A stretch of 64,000 nucleotides of DNA, from the IMG/VR virus record IMGVR_UViG_3300023440_000003, positions 15,588-79,587 of that record, one strand, 5' to 3'. The notes below the pieces were generated by a model. It did not search any database. It was not told the origin of the DNA and saw nothing but the letters and a program-made list of their open reading frames with translations. Both the position numbers and the translations under genes were made by a program. Within the stretch, counting starts at the first letter, position 1, and every line of letters begins with the position of its first letter. The DNA is from a virus. Shown in pieces: positions 9,495 through 19,217 of the stretch.

Positions 9495-11050
9495 TAGCTA
9501 CTTATAGAGATAAGTACGTAGTTATTGATGATGGTTATCACTATAAACAGTACTTAAAAAAGCTTGGTTTCGTCTGGGACTCTAAGATGAAAGCATGGAA
9601 ATTATTGGCTGATGTAGGAGCTTTTCGCGCGTTAAAAGAATTACGTACAACTTTTGCAGTGCCTGTAATTATAGACAGTAGACTCAAGCGATACAAAGAA
9701 CGATTAGCTCAATTGCTTAGAATGAAGATAGATTATTCGTCTTTTCAGCCTACTAAGCCTTCTATGGAACATCAGATCGATTCTACGTTACTGATTTTAA
9801 AAGCCAAACGTGCAGGCATTTTTAATGACACAGGTACGGGTAAAACTAAGATTGCGGTGGATGCTATAGAGTTTCTTATTAATAATGGATATATTCGTAA
9901 CGTTTTAATTATTACTCCAAAGCATTTAATTAAAAAATGGAAACGTGAGATAGCAAAGTTTACAAAATTGGATCCTGAAAGTATAGACATTATAAACTAT
10001 GAGTTTTTTTCCAGAAATCCAGATTTTAATATCACTTACGATATGATTGTTCTGGACGAAGCTACTTATATTAAAAATCCAAAAGCTAAACGGACTCAGA
10101 CTATCTGGAAATTAGGTGCTGGAGTTCCATTTAAAGTAGTACTTACTGCAACACCTACTACGCAATCCATCGAAGATTTGTGGTCTATTATGTTTTTCCT
10201 TGATGGTGGTAAGCGTCTTGGTACCAGTTTTAGTGCATTCAGAGATAAGTACATGCATAAGCGTGAGGTAAGACGACGGGATGGTAGTAAATTTGTAAAG
10301 TACATTCCTATCAAACGATTAATTGGAGAGATTACTGAGAATATTTCTGATATTACAGTCGCTTACACGAAAGATGTGATAAAAGATTTACCATCTAAAC
10401 TATACGACGAAAGGCCGTTGGAGCCTACTAAAGAAATGCTTGATTATCATCATATGGTGAAAAAAGGTATTTTTATATCTGGAGAAGACAAACTGTACAG
10501 AATCAAAAATACCATTATTCGTCTACATCAAATCACTTCTGGTTTTGTTTACGATCCAGATAAGGATCGGTATATAATATTTAAAAATAATCCTAAACTT
10601 GAAGCTTTGAAAGAGATTTTAGAAGAAGAAGTCAGAGGCAAGAAAGTTTTAATCTGGAGGACATTTGTTATAGAGACAGGTTTGATAAAAGAGGTGGTGC
10701 ACAAAGCAGGATTAAAGCCATTGATTCTGGATGCTAAAACTAAAGATCCTGCTGCGGTTCTTGATGAATTTCATAATAAAGATGATAGAGTGATAATTGC
10801 CAGTCCTTTTTCTCATAAATATGGGCATGAGATATTTGCAGATGTGATAATCTTCTATTCCAATTCTTTTTCTGTGGAAACAAGAAAACAGGCAGAAGAC
10901 AGAAGTCACAGATATGGTTCTGTGAGGTCGCCACTCTATATAGATTTATATTACGAGGGAATGATGGATGATTATGTATTGAAGAGTTTAAAAAGAAATA
11001 TAGATGTTTTAGACACCACAATATCCAATTTAAGGAGGGCGTTGATATGA
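9491..11050 (+). CDS. SNF2-family helicase/ATPase
   Basis: DTGTGKT (Walker A), VLDEAT (Walker B), LTATP, DLWS, LHQITSG, QAEDRSHRYG. Confidence 0.9.
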   Translation: MIATYRDKYVVIDDGYHYKQYLKKLGFVWDSKMKAWKLLADVGAFRALKELRTTFAVPVIIDSRLKRYKERLAQLLRMKIDYSSFQPTKPSMEHQIDSTLLILKAKRAGIFNDTGTGKTKIAVDAIEFLINNGYIRNVLIITPKHLIKKWKREIAKFTKLDPESIDIINYEFFSRNPDFNITYDMIVLDEATYIKNPKAKRTQTIWKLGAGVPFKVVLTATPTTQSIEDLWSIMFFLDGGKRLGTSFSAFRDKYMHKREVRRRDGSKFVKYIPIKRLIGEITENISDITVAYTKDVIKDLPSKLYDERPLEPTKEMLDYHHMVKKGIFISGEDKLYRIKNTIIRLHQITSGFVYDPDKDRYIIFKNNPKLEALKEILEEEVRGKKVLIWRTFVIETGLIKEVVHKAGLKPLILDAKTKDPAAVLDEFHNKDDRVIIASPFSHKYGHEIFADVIIFYSNSFSVETRKQAEDRSHRYGSVRSPLYIDLYYEGMMDDYVLKSLKRNIDVLDTTISNLRRALI

Positions 11051-11547
11051 GAGTAATTGGTATTGATCCATCTTTGAGGTACACAGGAGTTGTGATTTTA
11101 AATGATGATTACATTGAGAGATCCGTATTGTTATATTCGGTGAAGAAAGTTGATGTGAAAAATGCCGAGCCAATATATGTCGAAGATATGTATATTGGTT
11201 TGGATGAATATCTACCCAAATTAATATCCAAATATAACCCAACAATAGCTGGTGTAGAAATACCTTTTATCCCTAGAAACATGGGACATTTGAATAAAAT
11301 TCTTATTCTCTGCGGCTGGATTCAACATATTATTTACAAATCTCAGAATGGTGTAAGTGCTTTATTTGATGTAACTGTGCCTCAAATCAGGAATCATTTG
11401 AATGTATTTAAGAATTTTAAACATAATATCCGAACAAAGGTTAAGTCTTTAGTAGTTAACGCTGATTGGACTGGTAAGGACAGTCAACACTTGTATGACG
11501 CCACAGCAGTAGCATTGACTGCTATGCATATGATGAATCTAAAGTGA
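11047..11547 (+). CDS. ruvC: RuvC-like Holliday junction resolvase
   Basis: MRVIGIDPSLRYTG, GVE, C-terminal HLYDATAVA. Confidence 0.8.
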   Translation: MRVIGIDPSLRYTGVVILNDDYIERSVLLYSVKKVDVKNAEPIYVEDMYIGLDEYLPKLISKYNPTIAGVEIPFIPRNMGHLNKILILCGWIQHIIYKSQNGVSALFDVTVPQIRNHLNVFKNFKHNIRTKVKSLVVNADWTGKDSQHLYDATAVALTAMHMMNLK

Positions 11548-11645
11548 GTACTATTTTTTGCTATTCTAGCTTTTAAAACTAGTTTTGATTCTATTTTTAT
11601 TTTTTAGTTAGAATATGTAGTAGTTTGTTTTTATTAGAGGTGATT

Positions 11646-12827
11646 ATGCTTTACAACGATTGGTTAAGTAAGTCGTTATACAGGCATCAGCTTTATAAAA
11701 CTGCTTTTTTACCCCCTTTACCTGTGGGTTTACGTTTAAGGGCTATCGAACTGCCCGCAGTTGGACTTGAAACTTTGAGACAATCAGGACATAGATTATC
11801 TCAATATTTAGGTTCTTTAAGATCTTCACGTCAATATCGTAGAGGTTTACGGAATCTTGGTTCAGCTTTAGAACGAGGTGGTGAACTTGCTCTTAGGCAG
11901 GCTCAATCTTTAGAACGTTTATTTAATGCTGTAAGTACGGCAGCTATGAATGCTAGTGCTGAAAGATTTTTTTCTCAATTAGGACGCGCAGGATCTTTAT
12001 ATGCCGCAAGAGCATCAGGAATTTCTCGTTTGGGTAAAGCTTTAGAATCAGCTGCTCAGCTTCAGGCTGCAAAAAATATTGGAGAATTCTTAAGGACATA
12101 TGGCACTCCTCCTGTTCGTAATGCAAGAGTTAGTAGAAGTATTTTTTCTAAAGTGATGCCTTATGCTTTGATTGGTGCAGGTGGATATTTATTGGCCAGA
12201 GCGATATCGAAACCAAAATCTAAGTCTAAATATATATCAAAAACTGCTTCTATTTATGGAGGTGAACCTATGTATTACATACATCCATTGTTAATAAAAA
12301 TAGCTGAAGATCGAGCTTTAGAAGAACTTCAGAATCGCTTAGCTCAACTCAGACAATTTGGTGTTTTAAACTATCCAGATGTTGTGCAGGCTTTAGAGAT
12401 TGCGCCTCCTTTGCTATTAGGTGTTGCAGGTATAGGTTTAGGAGGATTTCTCGGTAGAAGGCATCCTCTTGCTGTGGGTCTTGGTACTATGCTTGGAGGT
12501 ATTCTTGGGGGTTTTGGTGGTTATAAACTGGGTCAATGGTTAGCTAATGTATATGCATCAGATCCTGAACGATTGGCACTAGCACGTAAGTATGGTGAGG
12601 CGCTTCTTGCTTATCGAAGAGCTTTAGGATTATCTGCTCCTTCTTTACCGTCAGATCCTGTAAGATTGATGAAAGCTATATCTGCTTTGACTCCTGCTGC
12701 TGTGAAGGAAGAAATTGCACGACAAAGATTAGAAGATAGTATTAGAGCACAAAAAGCTGCGTTGTTAAGTAAAGCAATGGCTGATCAGATGTTAGGAAAA
12801 GATACTAATTTATCTATAGGAATTTGA
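11646..12827 (+). CDS. Putative internal virion protein with glycine-zipper helices; internal in-frame start at 12270
   Basis: SD GAGGTG before ATG 11646; LYKTA, SKTA and LIKIA motifs; GxxxG helices. Confidence 0.6.
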   Translation: MLYNDWLSKSLYRHQLYKTAFLPPLPVGLRLRAIELPAVGLETLRQSGHRLSQYLGSLRSSRQYRRGLRNLGSALERGGELALRQAQSLERLFNAVSTAAMNASAERFFSQLGRAGSLYAARASGISRLGKALESAAQLQAAKNIGEFLRTYGTPPVRNARVSRSIFSKVMPYALIGAGGYLLARAISKPKSKSKYISKTASIYGGEPMYYIHPLLIKIAEDRALEELQNRLAQLRQFGVLNYPDVVQALEIAPPLLLGVAGIGLGGFLGRRHPLAVGLGTMLGGILGGFGGYKLGQWLANVYASDPERLALARKYGEALLAYRRALGLSAPSLPSDPVRLMKAISALTPAAVKEEIARQRLEDSIRAQKAALLSKAMADQMLGKDTNLSIGI

Positions 12828-12830
12828 GAC

Positions 12831-13118
12831 ATGAAGGATAATTTAATTCTTGCAGCATATTATTTGTACAAATACGCTAAAGGAGGACATTCTCGTAAAG
12901 ATCCCACTCCTGAACTCGTTGATCATGTTGCTGCCAGAATAATGAAGGAACATCCTGAATACACCAGAGAGCAGGCTTATCGTATTGCAGTTAAGCAACT
13001 CCAAAGACATGGTTATTTGAAGAAAGGAACCATGCAGTTAACAGAAAAAGGTAAACGCCAGGCTCAAAAGCATTATAAACATAGACGAGCATTAGATTGG
13101 AAAAAACGACCTTATTAA
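12831..13118 (+). CDS. Small basic putative head protein
   Basis: YYLYKYA leader followed by a K/R/H-rich body. Confidence 0.6.
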   Translation: MKDNLILAAYYLYKYAKGGHSRKDPTPELVDHVAARIMKEHPEYTREQAYRIAVKQLQRHGYLKKGTMQLTEKGKRQAQKHYKHRRALDWKKRPY

Positions 13119-13131
13119 GGAGGTGAATGTT

Positions 13132-13521
13132 ATGTTTGAGTACATTACTCCAGAGAACTTAGCTATTTTAGATATCGTATCGGATTTACACATCCAAGAA
13201 AATGACCCAGTTTATACGTTAATGAAGTATGCTGACGCGCAACGTGCGGCTTTGATTGCTGGAACTGGACTTAGTTTAGCTGGTGGAGGAGGTTTGCTGT
13301 ATGATTTGATCAGAAAAAGACTGATTCAGAAAAAATTACAACAGCTTGGAGGCACCCCTATAGCATCATTGCCTGCGACTACCGGAGGATTGAGAATTTC
13401 TGATTTGTTGGGACGACGCAGTTCTAATTTGCTTTCAATACTTAAGCGGAAAAAACATTTGTGGCCTGTGTTTGCTCTTACTTTAGGTGGAGGTCTTTTA
13501 ACTTATGGTTTATTGGATTAG
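13132..13521 (+). CDS. Putative internal virion membrane-helix protein
   Basis: SD AAGGAGGTG; LMKYA motif; two Gly-rich hydrophobic helices. Confidence 0.6.
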   Translation: MFEYITPENLAILDIVSDLHIQENDPVYTLMKYADAQRAALIAGTGLSLAGGGGLLYDLIRKRLIQKKLQQLGGTPIASLPATTGGLRISDLLGRRSSNLLSILKRKKHLWPVFALTLGGGLLTYGLLD

Positions 13522-13541
13522 ATCTTTAAGGAGGTGAATTT

Positions 13542-14378
13542 ATGGATCCAAAACTTTTAAGAGCACGAACTTTGTCAAGCAGATTATTGGATGAATATAT
13601 AAGATTGAAAGGTCTTTCTGAAAAAGCCAGGTTAGTATCAGAACATGCCATGAAAGATTTGCGAAGAGCACCACAGCAATTCATACCTGAATGGGGTCAA
13701 ACTCTATCACAATTAGAATCTGAATTTTCTAGGATGTATCGGGTTATGCGAACTTTACCGACGGAAACTGTTGAAGCCTTGCGTCAATATCATAAGGCAG
13801 TTCCTAAAGTGTTTAGTCATCCATTACCTTTAGCTTTAGGTGTATTGGGATTAGGTTTAGGATATCTTGCCAGCCGCAAGGACTATCAAGTTCCAGGATA
13901 TATTCCTCTGGGTTTGGGTACTATAGGTTTAGCAGGAACAGCGGGAAGCCTGATGAAAGCACGTTCAGCGCATAGCGCTGCCGCGGATTTACTTTCATTG
14001 TTACCTGATATTGATTTCTCCAGAGTGTTTCCAAGAGATGCTGGCGCTATGCCAGATTTTACTAATGTTGTTAGGAATGTAGAAGAATATTTAAAAGCCC
14101 GACAGAATTTAGCTGAAGCTTTTGCTAAAAATCGGGCTGCTCGTAGTTATAGTAGTGCTTTAAGACAGTTGAGATTAAATAAGAGTTATGTTGAGGAATT
14201 ATTATCCAGAATGGGACGTATGGATTATGATATTACGCGTTTTATGGAATTGAGTCGTGATTTTATATCTCGCCAGTTAGAAGCCAATAGGTTACGCAGG
14301 TTGGGGCGTCTTTTCTGGATGGCTTCTCTTCCGTTGTTTACTTATTATGCTGGCACGAAGTTATTCAACAGGCAGTAA
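13542..14378 (+). CDS. Putative internal virion membrane-helix protein
   Basis: Strong SD; R-rich helical protein with GxxxG hydrophobic segments. Confidence 0.55.
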   Translation: MDPKLLRARTLSSRLLDEYIRLKGLSEKARLVSEHAMKDLRRAPQQFIPEWGQTLSQLESEFSRMYRVMRTLPTETVEALRQYHKAVPKVFSHPLPLALGVLGLGLGYLASRKDYQVPGYIPLGLGTIGLAGTAGSLMKARSAHSAAADLLSLLPDIDFSRVFPRDAGAMPDFTNVVRNVEEYLKARQNLAEAFAKNRAARSYSSALRQLRLNKSYVEELLSRMGRMDYDITRFMELSRDFISRQLEANRLRRLGRLFWMASLPLFTYYAGTKLFNRQ

Positions 14379-14383
14379 ATAAT

Positions 14384-14971
14384 TTATTTGAATATTTTTT
14401 CCCATTCTCTTAATTTCTCTATTTGAGCCTCTTCTTCTTTTTCTGTCATAGGGAATAATCGATTCATAAGTGTGCTTATAGCTTTAGTTTTATTGTTATC
14501 ATCTGCTGTAAGAGCTATAACGGATAGTAATATTATTTCTTTAAAATAGTTCCATATCTGCATCAATGCTATTTCCTCTATTTCATTCAAGGGTTCATTT
14601 TTTAATTTGTATATGATTCTTGGAAGAGTTTTTATTATTAATGTATCTACTATGTCTTCTGAATATAATTTTTTTAGTTCTTCTCTGAATCGATCTGTGG
14701 ATATTTTTTTGTTGATATTTTCGGTGAATTGATTAAATGCTTCCTCGATTTTGTTTACTATAGGCAGAGGAAGCTTCTTGTACTGTTCTGCAATAGCCTT
14801 CTTATCAGTAGTTCCATTTAAGTCAAATAAATAGTCAACGATATAGTTTGAAGTTTTAAACTCGTACCGAAAAGTCACATAGAATTTATTTTTGATAATC
14901 CAGTAGCTTTCTTCTACATAACCTTCGACCAAAGCAGTTCTTACATCAATTCTGCTGTGTTTTATTTTCAT
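14384..14971 (-). CDS. Putative tail/baseplate assembly chaperone (paralogue of 14968..15354)
   Basis: SYWIIKNKFYVTFR and KKLPLPIVNKI match segments of the neighbouring ORF. Confidence 0.45.
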   Translation of the reverse strand: MKIKHSRIDVRTALVEGYVEESYWIIKNKFYVTFRYEFKTSNYIVDYLFDLNGTTDKKAIAEQYKKLPLPIVNKIEEAFNQFTENINKKISTDRFREELKKLYSEDIVDTLIIKTLPRIIYKLKNEPLNEIEEIALMQIWNYFKEIILLSVIALTADDNNKTKAISTLMNRLFPMTEKEEEAQIEKLREWEKIFK

Positions 14972-15354
14972 TTATTGAGCAGTTCATTACATTCTCTTGT
15001 GAAAATAAGATAAAGATTAAGTATTTTGTCAATTAGTGGTGTAGGAAGTGATTTAAGATATTCTTCGGCTTCTTCAGGATTGGAAAACTTCTGATCACCT
15101 AATTCTGTTATTTGATGGCACATATAATAAAAATTCCAGTTAACAGTAACATCCTGAACATTTTTAGACATTAGTTCTTCTCTAATTTGAAGAGCTTCTT
15201 CATTAATCAGGCTTTGAAATGTAACGTGCAATTTATTTGGTATTACCCAGTAACTTTTGGATACTCTTCCTCCTGGGGTTAATAAGTTTTCTGGTGTAAA
15301 ATTAGAATCATCTTTTACTTCATACTTAAGTGTTGGAAACAGTTCATCTGTCAT
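14968..15354 (-). CDS. Putative tail/baseplate assembly chaperone
   Basis: VTFQSLINEE...YLKSLPTPLIDKILNLY pattern resembles tail assembly chaperones. Confidence 0.45.
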   Translation of the reverse strand: MTDELFPTLKYEVKDDSNFTPENLLTPGGRVSKSYWVIPNKLHVTFQSLINEEALQIREELMSKNVQDVTVNWNFYYMCHQITELGDQKFSNPEEAEEYLKSLPTPLIDKILNLYLIFTRECNELLNK

Positions 15355-15737
15355 AACTTTCCTCCTGAAAGGATTTTGATTAGCTTTAATGGCACGGGTT
15401 TTTCTTTAGACATTAGGTAGCAGACTTCTCGTAAAAATAATCTAATTCTTTCTGGATCTTGATTCATTGCTTTGCATATGTTTGTGAAATGGTAAAGATA
15501 TTGTTCATTATCCTGTCTGAAAAAATAATACACAGCATCTGCTATCGAAAATGGATTTTTATCTTGTAGATCTTTTAGTGCTTGTAATGTGACTCTATGC
15601 ATGACTTCCAGAATATAGTCATTATGTTTGTTTTGTGCTAAAGATCTTTCGAAGGTTTTCCTTAAACTATCTATGATAGTTTTAGATGAAGGATTCTTCA
15701 CATAGGATAGCTTATATTGGTTTGTTTTAATTGTCAA
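15351..15737 (-). CDS. Hypothetical protein
   Basis: 128-aa ORF coupled to the downstream gene; start uncertain (TTG). Confidence 0.6.
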   Translation of the reverse strand: MTIKTNQYKLSYVKNPSSKTIIDSLRKTFERSLAQNKHNDYILEVMHRVTLQALKDLQDKNPFSIADAVYYFFRQDNEQYLYHFTNICKAMNQDPERIRLFLREVCYLMSKEKPVPLKLIKILSGGKL

Positions 15738-15783
15738 CTACAATATAATATTCTTAGACATTATTACTAAAGGAGGTAAAACA

Positions 15784-16146
15784 ATGTATTACGACATCAT
15801 GCTTTACAAATTAGCACAACAACAACAAATGAATGAAGAAGCATTGAAAAGAGCTTTAGGGCGTAGATTTATTCAAACACTGGCGTTAAGTGAGCGACTC
15901 GCTGAACAGACTTTACCTCGTTTTGGAGTTGCTGTAGGATCTGGTGTTTTAGGTGGAGCTCTTGGTGGCGCTGCTACTGCTCTATTACGGAAAGGACCTG
16001 TTGGTCGTACTATGGGTAAAGGTGCTTTGATTGGTGGTGTTTTGGGTGCGGGATTAGGTATTTATGATTGGCTTCGTCGTAGAAAGATTCAGCGTGCATT
16101 AGCTAGAAATATGCTTATGAATTATATGTATCAATACAGATTATGA
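15784..16146 (+). CDS. Glycine-zipper putative internal virion protein
   Basis: MYYDIMLYKLA leader; GVLGGALGGAA and GALIGGVLGAGLG. Confidence 0.65.
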   Translation: MYYDIMLYKLAQQQQMNEEALKRALGRRFIQTLALSERLAEQTLPRFGVAVGSGVLGGALGGAATALLRKGPVGRTMGKGALIGGVLGAGLGIYDWLRRRKIQRALARNMLMNYMYQYRL

Positions 16147-16562
16147 GTATTATTAAAGATCTTGAAAGTTATTTTGGAAGTTCTACTGCGGATGATGTTG
16201 CTAGTGTAAAGTCTATACCTTTTGATGTAAAAGTTACTTTTACTTCTGCTGAACTTGCTGGCCATCGAGTTACAGTAGAAAAAGTTATTAATTTACCATC
16301 ACCCAACGTTTATATAGAAAACGTTAGTGCCATAAAACGCAGCGGTTTAGGTTATTTTTCTATTTTGCTGAGTAAGAGTTCTATTAGTCAAAATAGTCTT
16401 GTAGATGTTTTTTATGAAGTAATAGACGTATCTGATAAGATTATAGACGAGATTGGGATGAATTATTTCTCTTCAGATCAGACTCCTAGGTTATGGGTAG
16501 TGGTCACTAGTTATGGAACCCCTTTAGAAGTTGAGGTTCAAATTTCGGGGCTAATTAGATAG
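16143..16562 (+). CDS. Putative structural protein
   Basis: Coupled ORF, beta-rich composition. Confidence 0.55.
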   Translation: MSIIKDLESYFGSSTADDVASVKSIPFDVKVTFTSAELAGHRVTVEKVINLPSPNVYIENVSAIKRSGLGYFSILLSKSSISQNSLVDVFYEVIDVSDKIIDEIGMNYFSSDQTPRLWVVVTSYGTPLEVEVQISGLIR

Positions 16563-16566
16563 TAAA

Positions 16567-17901
16567 ATGTTTAGAGTTAGGCCCAAAAGCTTCGGTGTCT
16601 ATTCTAGAGCTACTGTAGTTCAGAGTAAGGTATCTATTTATCGTTTAGGTGGTAGTAATGTGTTTGTTTTGCGCCCTTCGGTACCAATTTTAGGATCTAT
16701 GGACGACTCTATTGTAATTCATACATTGCCTAATGGAGGTAATGCTGAATTGATCCAAGTCTTTAAGTCTTTGGATGATAACATAGAATCTGTGTCTTTT
16801 ATCGTTGGATTAGACGCAACTCCTACTATCGTTGATAATTTTGAAGGTGCTTTTGCCTGGCAGACTAGTGATGCCACTAATACTCCGGCAACCCAAGATA
16901 TTAATGCTTATGAAGGTAATTATGCTATGAAAATTTCTACTACTAAAAATCGAAGCCTTAACGACAAAGTTTTTTTGTCGTATCAGACTGCTCAGGATTG
17001 GTCTGGATATGAATTTATAAAATTTTATTGGCAGTGCAATGAAGATTTATATTTCCGTTTTTATATATCCGATGGAGTGAATTTTATGTATATAGATTTA
17101 CCGAAATCCAATGTTTACACTGAGCAAGTAATAAGATTATCAAGTATGATTCCGGATGGAGGGACTTATCCTGATTTAACTGCAGTAGTAGAGGTAGGTT
17201 TTTTGGTTATACGAGATAATGAAAATACTACAGCATATGTGGATAATATAGTATTGATACCAGATAGTGCTGTATCTTTTGATGTACAAATTCTTGATCT
17301 TGGTTCCACACCTTCAGTCGTTCCTCCTTTTACTGTAAAGCCTTTCGATGATGGATCTACTTTTACCACATTTACTTTGTCAAATTATATTAAAAATGAA
17401 GTAGAGATAGAAACTCCTATCGGGATATCTGACCTATCTAACTTATTAGTCAAGGGTAATTTTTATGGAGTACGTATTTTCAATGTGCAGGGCGATTGGC
17501 CTTTACAAATTTATGGAGGGATATCAGCGGATCCATCACTTTATATGGTATATACTAGCACTGACGGTACAAATTTTAGTGAACTTGCAGGCAATTCTGC
17601 ACATTTTTATACGAAAGTAGAGTTGAGTCAAGGAAGTTTTTTGAGGCATTTAAGTCTGCATCCAGAAATTGTACCAAACAATTCTAGAGTTGAAGTTAGA
17701 TGTATGTTGTATAATAATGAAGTCATACATCATGTAATTAATGATACTATAATTACAGATAAACTTGAAGTTACTTTTGAACCTCCTTTATTTATTCCCA
17801 GAGGTGCTTATGGTTTGTTACATATTTATGATAATTCTGTAGGCGGTTCTTGGTTAATAAAGAGATTATTATTATATGAAAAAGCAGAGTATATACCATA
17901 G
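16567..17901 (+). CDS. Putative virion protein with carbohydrate-binding-module-like domain
   Basis: IVDNFEG...QDWSGYEFIKFY...YVDNIVL pattern of CBM-like jelly rolls. Confidence 0.55.
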   Translation: MFRVRPKSFGVYSRATVVQSKVSIYRLGGSNVFVLRPSVPILGSMDDSIVIHTLPNGGNAELIQVFKSLDDNIESVSFIVGLDATPTIVDNFEGAFAWQTSDATNTPATQDINAYEGNYAMKISTTKNRSLNDKVFLSYQTAQDWSGYEFIKFYWQCNEDLYFRFYISDGVNFMYIDLPKSNVYTEQVIRLSSMIPDGGTYPDLTAVVEVGFLVIRDNENTTAYVDNIVLIPDSAVSFDVQILDLGSTPSVVPPFTVKPFDDGSTFTTFTLSNYIKNEVEIETPIGISDLSNLLVKGNFYGVRIFNVQGDWPLQIYGGISADPSLYMVYTSTDGTNFSELAGNSAHFYTKVELSQGSFLRHLSLHPEIVPNNSRVEVRCMLYNNEVIHHVINDTIITDKLEVTFEPPLFIPRGAYGLLHIYDNSVGGSWLIKRLLLYEKAEYIP

Positions 17902-17903
17902 CT

Positions 17904-18332
17904 ATGAGAAGGATTGATTATATAGTAATTCATCATTCTGCAAGTTCTTACGGTGATTCAAAATTAATAGATAGATGGCATAGAGAAAGAGGATTCAAAA
18001 AGATAGGTTATCACTATATCATTTTAAATGGCTTTAGAAAAAATAGCCGGGAATACGAAGTAGCTTTTGATGGTTTTATAGAACCTGGAAGAAAATTATC
18101 AGAAATAGGTGCACACGTGAAAGGATATAACAAGAATTCTATAGGCATATGCCTTATAGGAAATCATTTGTTTACGTTAAATCAATTCATAAGTTTGAAA
18201 ATTCTTGTTAAAGAGCTAAAAAATAAATTTCCTACTGCTAAGGTGGTAGGTCATTGTGACCTGGATCCAGTAAATAAACCTGACTGCCCAGGATTTGATG
18301 TTGATACATTTATAGCTGAAGTTTTGGATTAA
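17904..18332 (+). CDS. N-acetylmuramoyl-L-alanine amidase (T7 lysozyme-like endolysin)
   Basis: IVIHHSA, IGYHYII, GAHVKGYN, SIGICLIG, GHCD, CPGFDV. Confidence 0.93.
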   Translation: MRRIDYIVIHHSASSYGDSKLIDRWHRERGFKKIGYHYIILNGFRKNSREYEVAFDGFIEPGRKLSEIGAHVKGYNKNSIGICLIGNHLFTLNQFISLKILVKELKNKFPTAKVVGHCDLDPVNKPDCPGFDVDTFIAEVLD

Positions 18333-18341
18333 TCTTTCATA

Positions 18342-18611
18342 CCAGGGAGGATCCCAGTAGTCCCCCTTGGCCGGGGGGCTCGGGGCACTACGGGTCTAGC
18401 CCCACCCCGCCCGTGGCCCTGAGAATCCTGGGATCGAAGAGGCTGTATGAGTAGGAGGGGCGCCCGGTAGGGGGTAGCCTCTCCGCTGCCCTGCGGTAGG
18501 TCCCACCTACCGCAGGGAAGGCTGACTGGGGACCCGGGACCCGGTCAGCCCAGGGTCAGCGTCGGACCGGCCTGGTCCACCGGTGGCGCTGACTTGGAGT
18601 TTTTTTTTTTT
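18342..18611 (+). ncRNA. Unassigned highly structured ncRNA
   Basis: GC-rich intergenic island in an AT-rich genome; at least six stems whose G-U wobbles favour the + strand; ends in 12 T. Confidence 0.75.
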
Positions 18612-18653
18612 AGCTATTATTTTATTTTAGACTTTTGATAAAATAGCTAAAAA

Positions 18654-18887
18654 ATGAAGGTTCTAGATTTAGAATTTATACGCAATAAGAAAAGGTGGAA
18701 GTACTTTTTATATAAACTTTCTTTTTACATGATTTTATTATCTACGGCGATATTTTTTGGAGCAGTTCTTTTTGCACTTATAGAAGGATTGGTTAAGTAT
18801 AGATTATGGAAGTTAGTTGGTGTAGCAGCGTTAGGCGTGTTTGTATTTTTTATTATATTCCATTACACTTGTGAGGAATTTGATTGA
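18654..18887 (+). CDS. Two-TM membrane protein, holin candidate
   Basis: Two hydrophobic helices, basic N-terminus, near the amidase; TGATAAAAT at 18636-18644. Confidence 0.45.
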   Translation: MKVLDLEFIRNKKRWKYFLYKLSFYMILLSTAIFFGAVLFALIEGLVKYRLWKLVGVAALGVFVFFIIFHYTCEEFD

Positions 18888-19207
18888 TTTGATAGCGTTT
18901 CTAATAGTTGTTTTATTTTTATGAATCTCCTAGGATTTCCATTAGGTATATATTCTATACCATTTTCTGTAATTTTAGGGATATAACCGTCTAGCATTTT
19001 TTGATAAAGTTGTTTCATTTCTTTTGGTGATTTGTTTAGTTTGATCATCAGAAAATGATACAACAGACTATCTAAGTATTTAAGAATTTTCACAGATTTA
19101 CTTCTTCTTACTACATGGCATTTTTCAATGTATATCTCAATGTAATCAGTTACTCCTTTTTTGACTAATTCTTGTCGATACAAGAATTTTTTGAATTCTT
19201 GAATCAT
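18863..19207 (-). CDS. Hypothetical protein (paralogue of 20752..21102)
   Basis: SD present; shares EFKKF, CH, LD.LL.HF and GY.P motifs. Confidence 0.7.
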   Translation of the reverse strand: MIQEFKKFLYRQELVKKGVTDYIEIYIEKCHVVRRSKSVKILKYLDSLLYHFLMIKLNKSPKEMKQLYQKMLDGYIPKITENGIEYIPNGNPRRFIKIKQLLETLSNQSNSSQV

Positions 19208-19217
19208 TCCCGCCTCC

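Noticed and set aside
18342-18611. tRNA, tmRNA, RNase P, SRP RNA or group II intron domain V; or just a terminator
   Set aside because: No T-loop/CCA, GAGGAAAGUCC, SRP loop or complete domain V is recognisable. The element is far larger and more branched than a terminator.
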